A program made the position numbers and the translations under genes. From assembly GCF_004010195.1 (NCBI RefSeq), contig NC_057749.1:25534669-25598668 (forward strand): 64,000 bases of DNA, written 5' to 3'. A model generated the notes under the pieces. The model made no database searches, had not been told where the DNA came from, and saw only the letters and a program-made list of their open reading frames with translations. Positions within the stretch are counted from its first letter, which is position 1. Every line of letters starts with the position of its first letter. Shown here in pieces: positions 51,195 to 64,000 of this stretch. Source of the DNA: Chiloscyllium plagiosum (taxonomy: Eukaryota).

Positions 51195-53185
51195 ACAAAA
51201 GATAGTTCCATTTATTAAAAAGTTTACAAAAAAGATTAGACTGGAGACTTGCCTCCACAGGTTTTTGTACAAGATATAAAGCATATTGTTTATATTGTAA
51301 CAAATCATTTACATATTTCACCTGGTGCAACAGTACACAGGTCAGTTATTACACAATAGCCACTAAAGGCAAAAAACAACTGTTGCCTTTTGGCAGGGTT
51401 TGTGAACAAAAGCATTCAATTTAAATAGCACTGATATTACCTCAGCTCCTTACACCACCCACCCCAAAACAGCACACCCTTAAGATACTGTCATAGCAAA
51501 ATGTTGACAACCATCTGCATACTCAACTTGGAAGACAAACAGAACCTGTCCAGTGTAGAAATTGTCACTGCATCTGGCTTATATCCAGCTGTAAAGTGTC
51601 AAACCACAACCTTCACTAGCTTTAGGAACATAAATCTTGTTTCTTGTGAAATCATTCAAACCAGACAATAAAGGCATACATGTAGTTAGCCAAAAGGAAG
51701 CAAACAATTAACTATTTAAAAAAAAAGTAAGGTTTCTGTTGAGGACTGCAGTTGGTGACCAGCATCAGCCGTTTTGTAACCCGAGAAGCAGAACAAGTCT
51801 GAAATTTGTTGCAAGTCATGCTTCAGTTAAAGTTCTTGCTCGGGGGTTCTCAAGCTATGGTAGGGCATCTTAAAATATGCCACGTCAGGTCAGGATCCCA
51901 TTTCTTTTGAGGGGTTTGTTTTCAGAGAACTAATTGAGAGAGGGAATGACTCATCTATATTAAAACAGACTATACTGGTGCACTGAAAACACAAAGTGAA
52001 ACAAAGTTGTGAAGATGTTGGATTCCTGTCCTCAATTTTTTTTAAAAATAAAGGGCCTGTTCTGGCATTGCCAACTCAAATACAAGTAAATATTTTCTCT
52101 AATGTAGCATTTCCCAAAACATCCCAGTACTTGTGAATACACACATTTGCTCCTACTTATCCCAATTAAACCAGGAGTATCCAAATCTGTGCCCAAAAGA
52201 ACAAGATGGGACAATATTTAAAGCCACAGGAGGTGGGAATCATGCAAATGAAGTCAACTTCACGATGATCTCATTTTCAAAAGAGACAACCTACCAAGTG
52301 CAGTGCATGAACATTACAGAACACAAGTGAAAATATCTACAGGAGCAAAATATCACTGACCAAATTACTTTAGGCTAGTTGAGTTACATTAGAAGTCAGA
52401 TTGGCACGAGATTAGTTACAAAAACAATATAGACCTCCATTTATTGACTACATAACCACATGCACTGAAACACCAATCTGCATTGAGAGATCCAGTCTGG
52501 AATGCAATACTTCAGTCTCCTTAGATGGGTGTTTAAACCAGAGTTAAGTGTAGATGCTGCTGATTAATGACCACTACCATTATGCTTGCGAGGTGGTGCT
52601 TGGAATTCAAGACCAGTATAAAGATTGTTTTAAAAAAGTGCATTGGTCTACAAACATTTTTGCTCAGCCATACATAAGTGGGTACAGCCTTTTTTTTTCT
52701 GAAGGGATTATAGCCATCAAAACAGGAAAGTCTAAAGCCAGTCAAGTGATTAACGTATGGTCTCATTATAGATGAAACGGCTATGCTCACCCAATTCACG
52801 AAACTCTAGTCCAGACTACGAACAAAACAGTTCATCTAGACAAGGTCACCAGGGGAAATAGCCATTTTCACTCAATCCCATTTTGTTGTAGTGACTGAAG
52901 TTGGTCAGCGAGGGATTTCTGAAACAAACTCAAGTGGCCATTTGAAAATGGGATGCTTCATCTAGATTGCTTCCACACTTGAGAAAAGAACCCCCATAGC
53001 TTCCATGACCAACATTCTGACACCAAGTTTTAAAAAAAGACAAAGATCAGGAAAGTCTGGGACAGAATTTATAACTTCAACTCGAAGCTGAACCTAGCTC
53101 ATATGTAAATATTCCTCTTCCAAGGAAACAGTAAAACTAAATCAGGACAAGTTCAGTCTCATCACCAGATCTTTGGTAGAAAGGA
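51195..53185 (-). other. Probable 3'UTR of gene B, AATAAA at 51211-51216 (minus)
   Basis: Repeat-free tract ending in minus-strand AATAAA with U-rich surroundings. Confidence 0.65.
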
Positions 53186-53248
53186 TTAGGAGTTGAAGGA
53201 GTAGTTGACATATGTTGCTTCACGGAGTCTGTAACTTTCCCGATTCAC
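53186..53248 (-). CDS. Gene B terminal coding exon (VNRESYRLREATYVNYSFNS*)
   Basis: Minus-strand T-tract + tatacag acceptor, phase 0, TAA stop, followed by 2 kb repeat-free tract. Confidence 0.75.
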   Translation of the reverse strand: MNRESYRLREATYVNYSFNS

Positions 53249-56200
53249 CTGTATATACACAAAAAAAACAGACAAGTCTTCTTGGCATAAGGGAGTTAGA
53301 ACAATACAAAAAAAAACTTAAAGCAAGCCCTGGTCGATAGGAAGCAAATCCTTGCACGGGTTTCAATGCGTGAGCTGTGGTTTGCTTGAACTAGAGTTCA
53401 TGCACTTGAACACAAAACCCCAGTGTTTCAAAAATGTTTGTTAACACTGCATCCTGGGAGAGGGTGCAATTTCATTTGAAGTGCATGAAAATTTGGTAAG
53501 TAAAATTTAAACCAAAATTAGAATCAACATTGACCAAACTTTAGTAATTAGCTAAGGAAGCTGTTCAAACCAGATCTCTAAACTGAACCCAAAAAAAAAG
53601 GTGTTTGTTATTGCACTATGCAACTTTAACTTTGTAGGCGAAAGGAGGACTGCAGATGCTGGGGATCAGAGTCAAGAGTTAGTGCTGGAAAAGCACAGTA
53701 GATCAGGCAGCATTGAGGAGCAGGAGAGTTGATGTCCTGATGACACTTGCCTGAAACATTTCACAAGAACACAAACTAAGGGAAACCCATATTTTCATTG
53801 AATATGGTGGATTCTGATTGTGTGCAATCTTCATAGCAATGCCTTTACTGTGAATGCTGATTTGAAGTGGGTGCATGTGCACTTTCCTCATGCTGTGCTG
53901 GTGTCAGTTACTTTATTCACTGGAAGAGGATATCACTGGCTGGAATGGGACTATTTGGCACTGATCATTTGGCCCTGCTGTTTTGACTCAACTGTTTTGG
54001 CACTCAGTTTGGCACTGAGCTGTTTTGGTGCCAATACAGAATGAAAAAAAGTCTTGTTTGGTTAAAGGAGAGGGGATGACTAATGACCTACTCGTTTTGT
54101 AATATTTTCTCATTTAACAATTGTTAATAGTCATCTATTGCCTTGATATTTAAGCCCATCTGTCTTCACATTGGAAAGCTGTAATACAATTTTCTTTCTA
54201 TTTCCAGAAATGGCTGAAAACATTCTAAGAGACAAGCCAAAATTTCCACACAATGGTTATCTATGTTTGATAAATGTAGCAAAAGCAACCCATCTTTAAA
54301 GTTTTGGAGATGTGAATTAAAGAATGAGTGCAAAGGTCACATTCACACAAATCCATGAAGTAGTAAAAGTAGTGAACGGGCATTCTCATGGTGCTTTTGT
54401 AAACATTGTAAGTAGCAAGTCTAATTTTTAAATTCATTTTTAAACTTATTACAACCTTATCATTCACGATATGACAAAGGTGCCAAAACAACTCAGCAAT
54501 GTACACCAAAACAATTTAGAGCCAAATGAATGGTGTCCAGAGGGCAACACCAAGGCCAGCATTTATTGCCCATCCCTAATTGCCCAGAGGGCAGTTAAGA
54601 GTCAGCCACATTGTGGTCAGTCTGGAGTCACGTGGGCCAGACCAGGTAAGGATGTTCGTTTCCTTCCCTAAAAAAAGGACATTGTTGGAAAATCGCATCA
54701 GGTTCACAAGTGGATGGAGTCATCATTAAATATCTAGAATGAAGAGCTTACTCAATTCAAATTCCACCATCTGCCAGCACAGGATTTGAACCCATGTCCC
54801 CAGACATTACCTGGGATTCTGGAATAAGTCCAGCACCACTAGGCCATTGCATCCCTTCTCAGGTGTTCTGAGGGGTGCAAGCTGAGAAACTATGGACAAA
54901 ACATTTTTGCAGGGCAAAAATGGAACTAAAACTAAATTGCAGGAGAAACTCAGGACTGGCAGCATCTGTGAAGAGAAAGCAACATTAATGTTCTGGGTCC
55001 AGTGATTACTAGCTCTGAAGGTTGGTCACTGGACCAGAAATCATTAACTGCTTTCTCTCCACAAATACTGCCAGACAGTTTCTCCTGCTATTTTTGTTCA
55101 GGATTTCCAGCATCTACAGCACTTTGTTTTATTTTAGTGGGGAACTAAACCTTAAAATATTGAGAAGTGCAACCTATTTGCAGAAATTAAGAGTTAAACT
55201 AGTTCTTGATAATGTACTCATTTTTACTTTGTAAATCAATCCTTTTTAAGTGACAGTCTACACTGACCAGAAATCAAAGAAATTCACAGCCATCCAGGGC
55301 AAAGTATTGTCTTTATGGAAGAAGCTTGAGTTTACTGACAAACTAGGGGAAGAGACAAGAGGAGGTAGCACAGCAGAATTTGGCTCGATGTTGCCAAATT
55401 GGAAAATGAACGTTGTGCCAATAAAGTTTGAGCATGGATGGAAAGTCCCTCATGGTACACTGTACTTCCCTATCCCTGGAAGGAGGGTGCCTGGGTTAGA
55501 GTCCCAACTGCTCTAGGAAGGGTTAATATCTGAATAAGTTGATTAGAAAAATTTAACACAAGTGGCAGCATATTAAAAGGAAATGAAATAGTCTATGAAT
55601 GAATAACTATACCCAGAAATACTCTACTGGAGAGAAAGCAGAATGAACATTCATTTGGACAGCAGAAGACAATTTTTTGTTTAATCTATTTTTCTAATCA
55701 ACCTGTTCAGAGATGTAATTATACATGTCTGGGGCAGGTGGGACATGAACTCTGGTCTCTTGGTCCAAGGATTGGGACACCACCATGCCACACAAGGGCC
55801 CTCAGATCAGAGACTAAAACGCAAAGGGCAGATGCAGTCGAAGTGGTTTAAACATCTACTTACCACCCTCTCCTATTCCATATTTCAATATGGGCCTCAT
55901 TCCTTAGCCTGGGTCCCAAAAATCTCAGCTTTCACTAAACAGAAGCCACAGCTCAGCACAGAATTCCAAAAACCCTCAATGTTACTGGTGCAGAGTCAAC
56001 AGGACCATTACTCAAATCACTATTGAGCATGTGCTGAAGGAACAGCCTCATTGGGTCAGATCAGTGTCTGCTTCTTTCAGGCCTGTCCTAAGCCCAGTTT
56101 TAAATCAGGCCTGTGTCTACAGTTCAGGTAGAAAATAGTTTATCCATCCAACAGATCCCAGAGACAGTTGACAATTTGTACCAGTGGCTGATCATCCAGA

Positions 56201-56673
56201 GATTGCAACCCCTCATTCAAACAGCCTCCCTGCATTTTCTCTATTGTCAAACACTCAATCCTGGATTGTTCTTTAAATATGAAGTGGATGGTGCAGATAC
56301 TGACCCAGTGGAGGAGATAACCTCACACTGGGGACATGTGCTATTAGTAGTGGGTTGGTTGGGGTGGAAGTGCCCATGTGCACCAGTGGAGAGAGTGAGT
56401 TGTGAAGGTGGCGGATAAAATTTAACTTGACATCAGTGAATTGTGACAACATCTGCACTCACCAGCTTACCTAAAGCTCAGTTTGAATGGTGTTACTGGG
56501 TCCAGAAGTGGATCTTCCAGCTCAGGGTTTTAACTATGATGTATCAATTGATCAAAAAGGAAAAATCTGGTATTTAACCTTCCAGATGTAGTCTTATCTT
56601 ACTACAAAAGATTTTGCAGATAGTGATACATTTACCACCTCACCTTTTGCTGGCAGTGTATCAAGTCAATTGT

Positions 56674-56979
56674 GGGCAGCATGGTGGCACAGTGGTTAGC
56701 ACTGCTGCCTCAGCGCCAGAGACCCAGGTTCAATTCCAGCGTCAGGCGACTGACTGTGGAGTTTGCACGTTCTCCCCGTGTCTGCGTGGGTTTCCTCCGG
56801 GTGCTCCGGTTTCCTCCCACCATCCAAAGATGTGCAGGTCAGGTGAATTGGCCATACTAAATTGCCTGTAGTGTTAGGTAAGGGGTAAACGTAGGGGTAT
56901 GGGTGGGTTTCGCTTCGGTGGTTCGGTGTGAACTTGTTGGGCCGAAGGGCCTGTTTCCACACTAATCTAAATCTAAATC
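56674..56979 (+). mobile_element. HE1-like V-SINE (further partial/diverged copies near 9540, 16460, 21145, 43775, 50932, 57000, 61525)
   Basis: Same consensus. Confidence 0.9.
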
Positions 56980-58051
56980 AATTAGAGAAGCCTTACAGTG
57001 CAGAAAGATTCCATTCAGCCCATTGGGAGTCTGCAACAACCCTCAGAACATCTGACTCTTGCCTAGTCCTCATCCTATCCCTCTAACCTGCACATTCCTG
57101 GACACTGGACAATTTAGCATGACCAATTTACCTAACCAGCACATCCTTTGACTGTGGGAGGAAACCTACAGACGGAGAATGTGCAAACTCTCCAAAGAGA
57201 CATCAAAAAGGTGGAATCAAGCCCAGATCCCTGGCACAGCCATGTTCTCAAGCAACAGTTATGCCAATCATTAAGCACTCAGACAGCAAGCCAGGAAACA
57301 TGCACTGGATTACACCCAAATTAAAGAATGGGATTCAGAAACAGTCGAAAGTGGTGGAGAAGTTAGATATTCAAAATTAGGTTTGCACAGCGAGCAAACT
57401 GATCAGTAGCAATAGCAGTTTACTTTAAAATCCAGCTCTTAAAATTGTATTTTTATAGTAAAGCCAACAGTAGAAACTGAACCAGATTGAAATTCTCACC
57501 AGTTTACTGATCACCTACAAACTGAAGTGGGGTGACCTCAAGCTTAATGTGGAGGCACTGATGTTGGACTGGAGTCAGCAAAGTCAGAAGTCACTTGACA
57601 TCAGGGTTTATAGCTCAACTGATTTGAAAACAGCTGTCTTCTCTGCTTTCAGCATGCTGATCCTTTGTCAGGTGATTTCAAATAAACCTGTTGGACTATA
57701 ACCTGGTGTCATGACTTCTGACTCAAGCTTACCGACATCGGAGGAAATTCATTGTCAGCACCTTCTGGAAGATTTCCAAGTTTAAAGGGCACATACAGAA
57801 AATCCAGGAGTTGAGTAGTGACAAGGGAATGTTAGCTACATTTGTCCCAAAAATCTAAATTCTAAAGCAAACTTTGTTTGCAGTTCAGAAATTACTACTA
57901 GCCCTCATTCTTCCCAACACCTTATGTAGTCCAGAAGAAATACAGAATTACTATTTGGTGAATCATCTTGACATCATGAGGCAGATAAAGGAACTGCATG
58001 GTGCTCTAGCAAGAGAGTTTGGCCCCAGCTAATGTGTTAAATCTTTAGCTT

Positions 58052-58175
58052 CCTGAAGAAGGGCTTATGCCCGAAACGTCGATTCTCCTGTTCCTTGGAT
58101 GCTGCCTGACCTGCTGCGCTTTTCCAGCAACACATTCAGCTCTGATCTCCAGCATCTGCAGCCCTCACTTTCTCC
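58052..58175 (+). mobile_element. Short Penelope-derived repeat with hammerhead core (other copies near 1249, 6120, 8080, 15808, 18545, 21833, 27750, 33600, 33923, 41103, 43065, 53640)
   Basis: CTGAAGA-a-GGGC-ttat-GCCC-GAAACGTC; 15-bp TSD ttaaatctttagctt at 58037-58051 and 58176-58190. Confidence 0.8.
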
Positions 58176-58441
58176 TTAAATCTTTAGCTTGTCTAGCTAA
58201 GTTATGTCACCCACTTCTGGATGACAGAGGGATGCAAGAGCTTTACTGTACAGAGTATTAGCTCCATGAAGGGTTAATGGAGGGCAATAGGGGAAGGAGG
58301 AGGACTCAGCCACCAACATGTACACATCTGACTTAAAAGTATTCAAGTGGGTGTGTTCCAAGCCAAAGCATTTGGAACAATTGCACCATGTCTGATTAAG
58401 AGTAAAAATGTACTTTTGCGGTGGAAGAATTGAAAACTCAC

Positions 58442-58540
58442 CTCAGGCAGTGGTATGTTACTTGCATTCTCACGCTCAACATCCCAGGCTTCAAATGTGA
58501 AACTCTTCTGACAAGCTGCACAGAACCTGTATTTCCAGCA
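58442..58540 (-). CDS. Gene B exon: cytoplasmic tail 1 (CWKYRFCAACQKSFTFEAWDVERENASNIPLPE)
   Basis: Minus-strand gtttag / gtgagt, phase 0->0, 99 nt; K..FC......F..E..D pattern shared with gene A. Confidence 0.85.
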
Positions 58541-60467
58541 CTAAACCCAACACAAGAGAACACATTTCAATTTTATTTTAAGTGTAAAACAAGTAGGATT
58601 TGAAGCTAGTTAAAAAAAAAACAGCAACTCAATGCCATATTTAATCCTAATCATTGGATTCAAACCTGACCCCTCATCAACACCATGAAGTGGGCTTGAC
58701 CTCAAAGCATTTTGGTGATAGATGTTTTGCACTGGAACACATTTACAGCAGTCTCCAGGTTGCAAACATGTTCCACTACAGAGTACATAAGTCACTTAAC
58801 ATGCAAATTAACATACAGTATAATGTACTGTTCACAGATATAAGCAAATATTTACATTGAACCCTTGATATGGAATACACCAGTCAGGGACACCTGTATA
58901 TTTAAACAGGACATGTTCTATCCTTCAGTTTGAGTGATACAGCACAGAAACCAACCCATTGGTCCAACCCATCTATGTCAACCAGGTTTCCCCTAACTGA
59001 ACATTTGTTTGCATTTGGTCCATATCCCTCAATTTTCCAATCTTTGTATCTGTCCAAATGCCTTTGGAACAGTGTACCCACCTGCACCTCCTCCTCCGGC
59101 AGCTCATTCCACATATGCACTACTCTTGGGGGGTTACCCTTCAGATCTCAAACCTTTCCTTTTCATCTTAAACTTCTGCCCTCTAGTTTTGGATTCCCCT
59201 CCCCTGGGGAAGGTCTAGCCACCTGATCACATATCTAAATGGTTAAGAGTCGGTTAAGTTGGTGTGGAACCTTTGAAAGGTTCAAGTGTGCAATCACATC
59301 TCTGAACAGGTTGGCCTGAAACCATCTACCCTGCAAAGACTACAATTTTAAGTCAGGACTATTTTTGAATTAGAGGTTAAGGATAATTTAGGTGTTCTTC
59401 TGGATATTATCTGAAGGTGATTTCACAAACTCAGTCCTCCTTAACTGAAGAACAATTGTAGCACTCACCCTTGTGGGCAGATTACCCATTGCAGGAAGTT
59501 TTGGGTGACCATATTCTAGCAATATGTTGCTGGTTTATATGAAAATGGAGTCTCAACAAGCATTCAGCTTTTTAGGCATTAAAGACTTTAGGACCACTTA
59601 TGTCAGTTTAAAAAGTCAAGTCGGAGAGGGAGCAATGGGCAACTGGTTCCAAGCTGTAGAAAATACAGCTTGCATATGCATGCAACAATTTCACTGTTAC
59701 AGCTGTGCTAGCACTAAGGATACCCCTATATTTGCCACTTGCAAGGAGCAACAGGTTCCACTTGTTTTTAAAATCAGAAATTAGCTGTTTACTTGGGAGT
59801 CAAGAAAACTCTGACACTGTCCATCTTACAATGGATGGTGTCTATATAACAACTGGCATTCAAATAAAGTCCCAGTCTTAACATACCATAGGGCTGCATG
59901 CAGAAAGATGACTGGCAGTGGTCTAACCAGAGGCCACTATACCTTGTCAAGGGTGTTCAATATAATACCATGAAAGTTTATATCACCACACATTGGCACC
60001 ATTCTCAATGGAGCTGGATTTTTTTCCAGCACTGTTCAGGGCTTCACCAGTCCACATCATGCCACCAGAGGTTTCAAAGGTTAGCTTATTGCAACCATGC
60101 TGCTTTTGAAGACACTTTGTATGGACCCCAAAGCCACCTCTATCCATCCTTCTCCATTCCTCCCCCCACCCAGGTTCTGCATATGGTTTGTCTGGATCTG
60201 GGTTTACTTTCTGGAGGTCAAGGAGGGTTCTTCACAGTAACCTCAACCAGTTTAGGACTTAACACTGTTGGGATCACTCAAAACTGCAAACCAGCTGTCC
60301 AGCCAACTGAGCTAAAATCAGACATCTTGGTCAAGATGCAATATCATCCTCAAAATTTAAAGTTAATGTGAACAAGATCTCATTTTACACATCACTGCAC
60401 TGGATCTTATGTAGATGAATGAAGCACCACATTGGAATTCCATGTCAGTAACACTGCTTGCACTCAC

Positions 60468-60577
60468 AAGAAAAGCCAGGATTGGAAGGGAGACGATTGC
60501 CAGGCCACACAACAGGATGATGGCAATTCCAAATCCTGGGAAGTGGATGCGTTTATACGGCCGATCTAGTCTTGCAC
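60468..60577 (-). CDS. Gene B exon: transmembrane (ARLDRPYKRIHFPGFGIAIILLCGLAIVSLPILAFL), paralog of gene A TM exon
   Basis: Minus-strand tttcctag / gtgagt, phase 1->0, 110 nt; shares FPGF.IAII..C.LAI...PIL with gene A. Confidence 0.9.
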
Positions 60578-63500
60578 CTAGGAAAGAAATTTCCAAAAAA
60601 CACCAGAAGTAAACTTAGATTTGCCAGCACTTCAGATTCAGTAATCAACAACATGGTGACAGAATTTGCTTGATGAGTCAGTTCTTCCAAGACAGTTCCT
60701 TGTAGCTGACACTAGCCACAAAACAGAGGTGACTTAAAGAGCTTCCTCCTAAGACAGCTTTAGGTCAATATACATTGACTAGTCTGCACTGAAAGCCTTG
60801 CTAACACTTCCACCTGCATTCACATTAGTTCCAGCTGTCAAAACTACCCACAACATTCTCATTTTATTCTTGAACACTAATTGATCTATCCTCTACTGAA
60901 AGTAGGAGTGAACTCAAAATATAAATAGGACAAGGCAGCCACACATTTAGAGACTGAGAAAACCAAGGATTAAAGTAATCACATGGAGACCATTTTAAAA
61001 AGTAAAAGCAGCGAAGTGCATTTCTAGAGGAAGACAGTCAAAAAGCAGGGACATTAGTTAGACCAGACTACAACTGAACATTAGATCCAAAGGAAAGGGA
61101 GACAGACAAGGCATTTGAAGGTTTACTGGAGTGATAAATCAGCATACCAGGATGATTCGACAGACCAGGTTACCTAGCCTGGAGAAAACCAGGACCTGTA
61201 TGGTGATTTGATGAAAGCCTACTCCAAGATTCTGACAGAAGAGAAATAATTTGCTCTACTGTGGTCCTGCTAGCAAAGTCACTAAAATGAATCAAGAAGA
61301 AAATCAAGAAAACATTGAAGCTTCCAACCAAGACAGAAGGAAGCGAGAGAGAGATAAATGGAGATGGTTACATTCAAGGTTCAAAGGACAGATCAAAAAG
61401 TATTGGCCTACATTTCCTCAAAGTACAAATATCTTTGCTAAGCCCCATAGTATAGAAAGATAACATTAGTGCATAGTGTGGCCAGGCTTAACAGCAATTT
61501 GAGGGGATATTTGAGATTAGATTGGGCAGCATGGTAACTATGATTACCACTTCTGCCTCAAAGCACCAGATTTATTCTAGCCTCTGGCGACTGTGGAATC
61601 TGCACATTTTCTCTCCCCTCCCCCCCCACGTCTGCATGATTTCCTCACACAGTCCAGAAGTGGGAGAGTTGGGAGGAGTGACCATGCTAAAATTGCCCAT
61701 AGGGTCCAGAATGGAGAGGCTAGGTGGATTAGCCATGGGAACATGGAGGTAGCAGGTTGTGGAGGGGGGCTGGGTAGGATGTTCTTTGGACAGTCAATGT
61801 GAACTCAATGGGTCAAATGGGCTCCTTGCAAACCATAGGGATTCTAAATCAATAAAACCAATTTCTACTCAAAAAGTTCCTACTGCATTTACAAAACAGA
61901 AGGCAGGATCAGCACAGTGCATTTTGAGATTAAACTTCATGGAGGGAAACAGGGGCAGTACATGCAGCCCATAGCACTTGTGTTAACTCTGGGGGGAAAG
62001 GGACAGGAGTTGCCCCACGGACTTGCCACTTGCCCCCTTTCCCAATTCTGGATATTGTTGAATCTACTCAAGGCACTGACAAAGGAATCCATTCCATATG
62101 GTGAGCTTTCACCTCTGACTACAGTGGAAGGCCAATCTGTATTTGAGGTGCAGTATTAAAGTGATTGAAGGAGCCAATCAGCCCATTATGTCAGGTCTCT
62201 CCCTAAACAAGCATAATTTGGCATCAATTCCCCACTTTTCTTGCAACCCCTACATATGAATGGTTAAACCAAAATGTCTAAAGAGTCTCAACTTAACTTG
62301 CACTCACTACATTTCCAGTGATAAAGTGCTTTATCTTGGTTAGGAAACCTTTTGTAAGAGTTAAACCACAACAGATTCAGCAAGGTAATACTAATTTAGA
62401 ACAAAAACAAATTTAGTGAGTTAAACATTGCAATGAAACTAGAGAACCAGATGAGGGCACTGTGACACCAAGTGAACAAAATGACAAAAAGCAGTAACAT
62501 CTTAAAGTGATGACAAGGAGCAGCTGGTGTTGAACTGGGTAGACAAAAATTTAAAAATCACACCAGGCTACAGTCCAACAGGTTTATTTGGAAGCATTAG
62601 CTTTCAGAGTGCCGCTCCTTCAGGTAGTGGAGTAGGACCGCAAGTTTATAGCAAAAGAACGATTAACAAACTTGATTGTTAATTTTTCATGTTTGAGTTA
62701 TAGGTTTTGGTTCTGAACGTGTAAGGAGCTGAAATCTGTAACCCATTCTATAAGATGAGACTTAACCAAAGTTTGTTAAATATATGAAATTTTACTTGCA
62801 TGACACTAATCTTTTGCTACAAATTCAGTTTATGGTCCTACTCCAGTCACCTGAAGCAGTGCTCCCAAATAAACCTGTTGGACTGTAACCTGGTGTTGCG
62901 ATTTTAATCCTGAACCTTAAAGTGAAAGAGTTTAGTTATACCAATAAAATGTCAAAAAAAAAAGCAGCTTGCTGTGTAGAGTTGGCCAGGAGTCCAACAC
63001 CACCTGCAATTACAGCATCTTTGGACAAGTCTAGAAGTTAAGCTTTTTCCATAGCATGTGCTAAGAGCAAATGTTGTCCCTGATCTTTGTAATGCCACCA
63101 GTCCAGATGCTCCAGGATATTGAATCCAACTCAATGAACATGCAAAGGAACAATCTGCTGTAATGTCAACCTCAGAACCTCTAAATAAATGGCCCTTGAA
63201 CAGATTGCAATACAAAATAAGGCCGCTCATCCATGTCAGTAATAATAGTCAGATTTACTAGTTACTGAGGAGAACACTTGTTCTTTTACAAACAAGCCCA
63301 TGACAGCACACAGCTTTTAAACATCAAGTCAGTCATACAGCACTGAAACAGACCCTTTACTCCAAAGTGTAAACCCTAACTAAACTAGCCCCAACTGCTT
63401 GCTCCTGGCCCATATCCCTGTCAATGTTTCCTGTTCATTTACTAATCCAACACATGTTTTAACATTCTACCTATATCCACATCCTCCACTTTCTCTGGAA

Positions 63501-64000
63501 GTTCATTCCACACAAGTCACTAAAAAAAAATTGCCCCATGTCTTTAAACTCTCTTCACCTTAAAATATGCAGCTTCATCTGAGAAAACCCCACTAGAGGG
63601 ATCCTCACTAGAGGGAGACATTCACCTGCTCTATATCCCTCATGATTTCATAAAGCTCTAAGGTCACCTTTCAACTGTACCCACTCCTGTGAAAAGTCAT
63701 CCCAGCCTCTAACTCAAACCCTTCATTCCTGGCAACATCCTGGTAAATCTCTTGTGAACCCTCTCCAGCTTAATATCTTCTATAGCAGGACAACCATTAC
63801 TGCACAGTACTCCAGAAAAGGCCTCCCCAGCATCCTGGCTGATCTCAACATGTCATCCCAACTCCTATCCAAGGTCAGAGCAATCTTGGAAAATAAGCAC
63901 AGCTTGGACATTGGAGTGTATTGAAAGAATATTGTAAAATCGTCAAATTAGAGGGGGGGGGGGGTGGGGAAGACCTGAATGGAGAACCTCTAAGAGCAGG

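Noticed and set aside
60578..64000. Further upstream exons of gene B
   Set aside because: No convincing SEA-like exon with splice sites found; probably beyond the window, so gene B's ectodomain is unknown.

Overview
Vertebrate genomic DNA, most likely a shark or other elasmobranch; this is inferred from abundant HE1/V-SINE-type SINEs and HER1/CR1-type LINE fragments. The supplied ORF track is mostly repeat noise. Reading splice sites by hand recovers two convergent (tail-to-tail) paralogous type-I membrane mucin genes, both 5'-incomplete. The + strand gene has 15 in-phase exons (1832-24879, about 656 aa visible): four 3-exon SEA domains, a Thr-rich tandem repeat with an N-glycosylation sequon in nearly every unit, a PGF[AG]IAII transmembrane helix and a short tail, followed by a probable 3'UTR to about 27.5 kb. 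The - strand gene shows its last three exons (60577-53186): TM, a Cys-rich juxtamembrane exon and a YVN-containing terminal exon. Exon layout and motifs resemble MUC1. SEA-1 and SEA-4 are an internal duplication that includes intron sequence. Notable non-coding structure: an internally deleted MULE/Phantom-like DNA transposon with FLYWCH remnants; two LTR-like elements each hit repeatedly at one target motif by A-tailed retro-insertions; Penelope-derived hammerhead-core elements, one enclosing a copy of nearby DNA; an inverted duplication flanking one exon; solo LTRs; and a G-rich minisatellite. All calls are by eye; no database searches were run.
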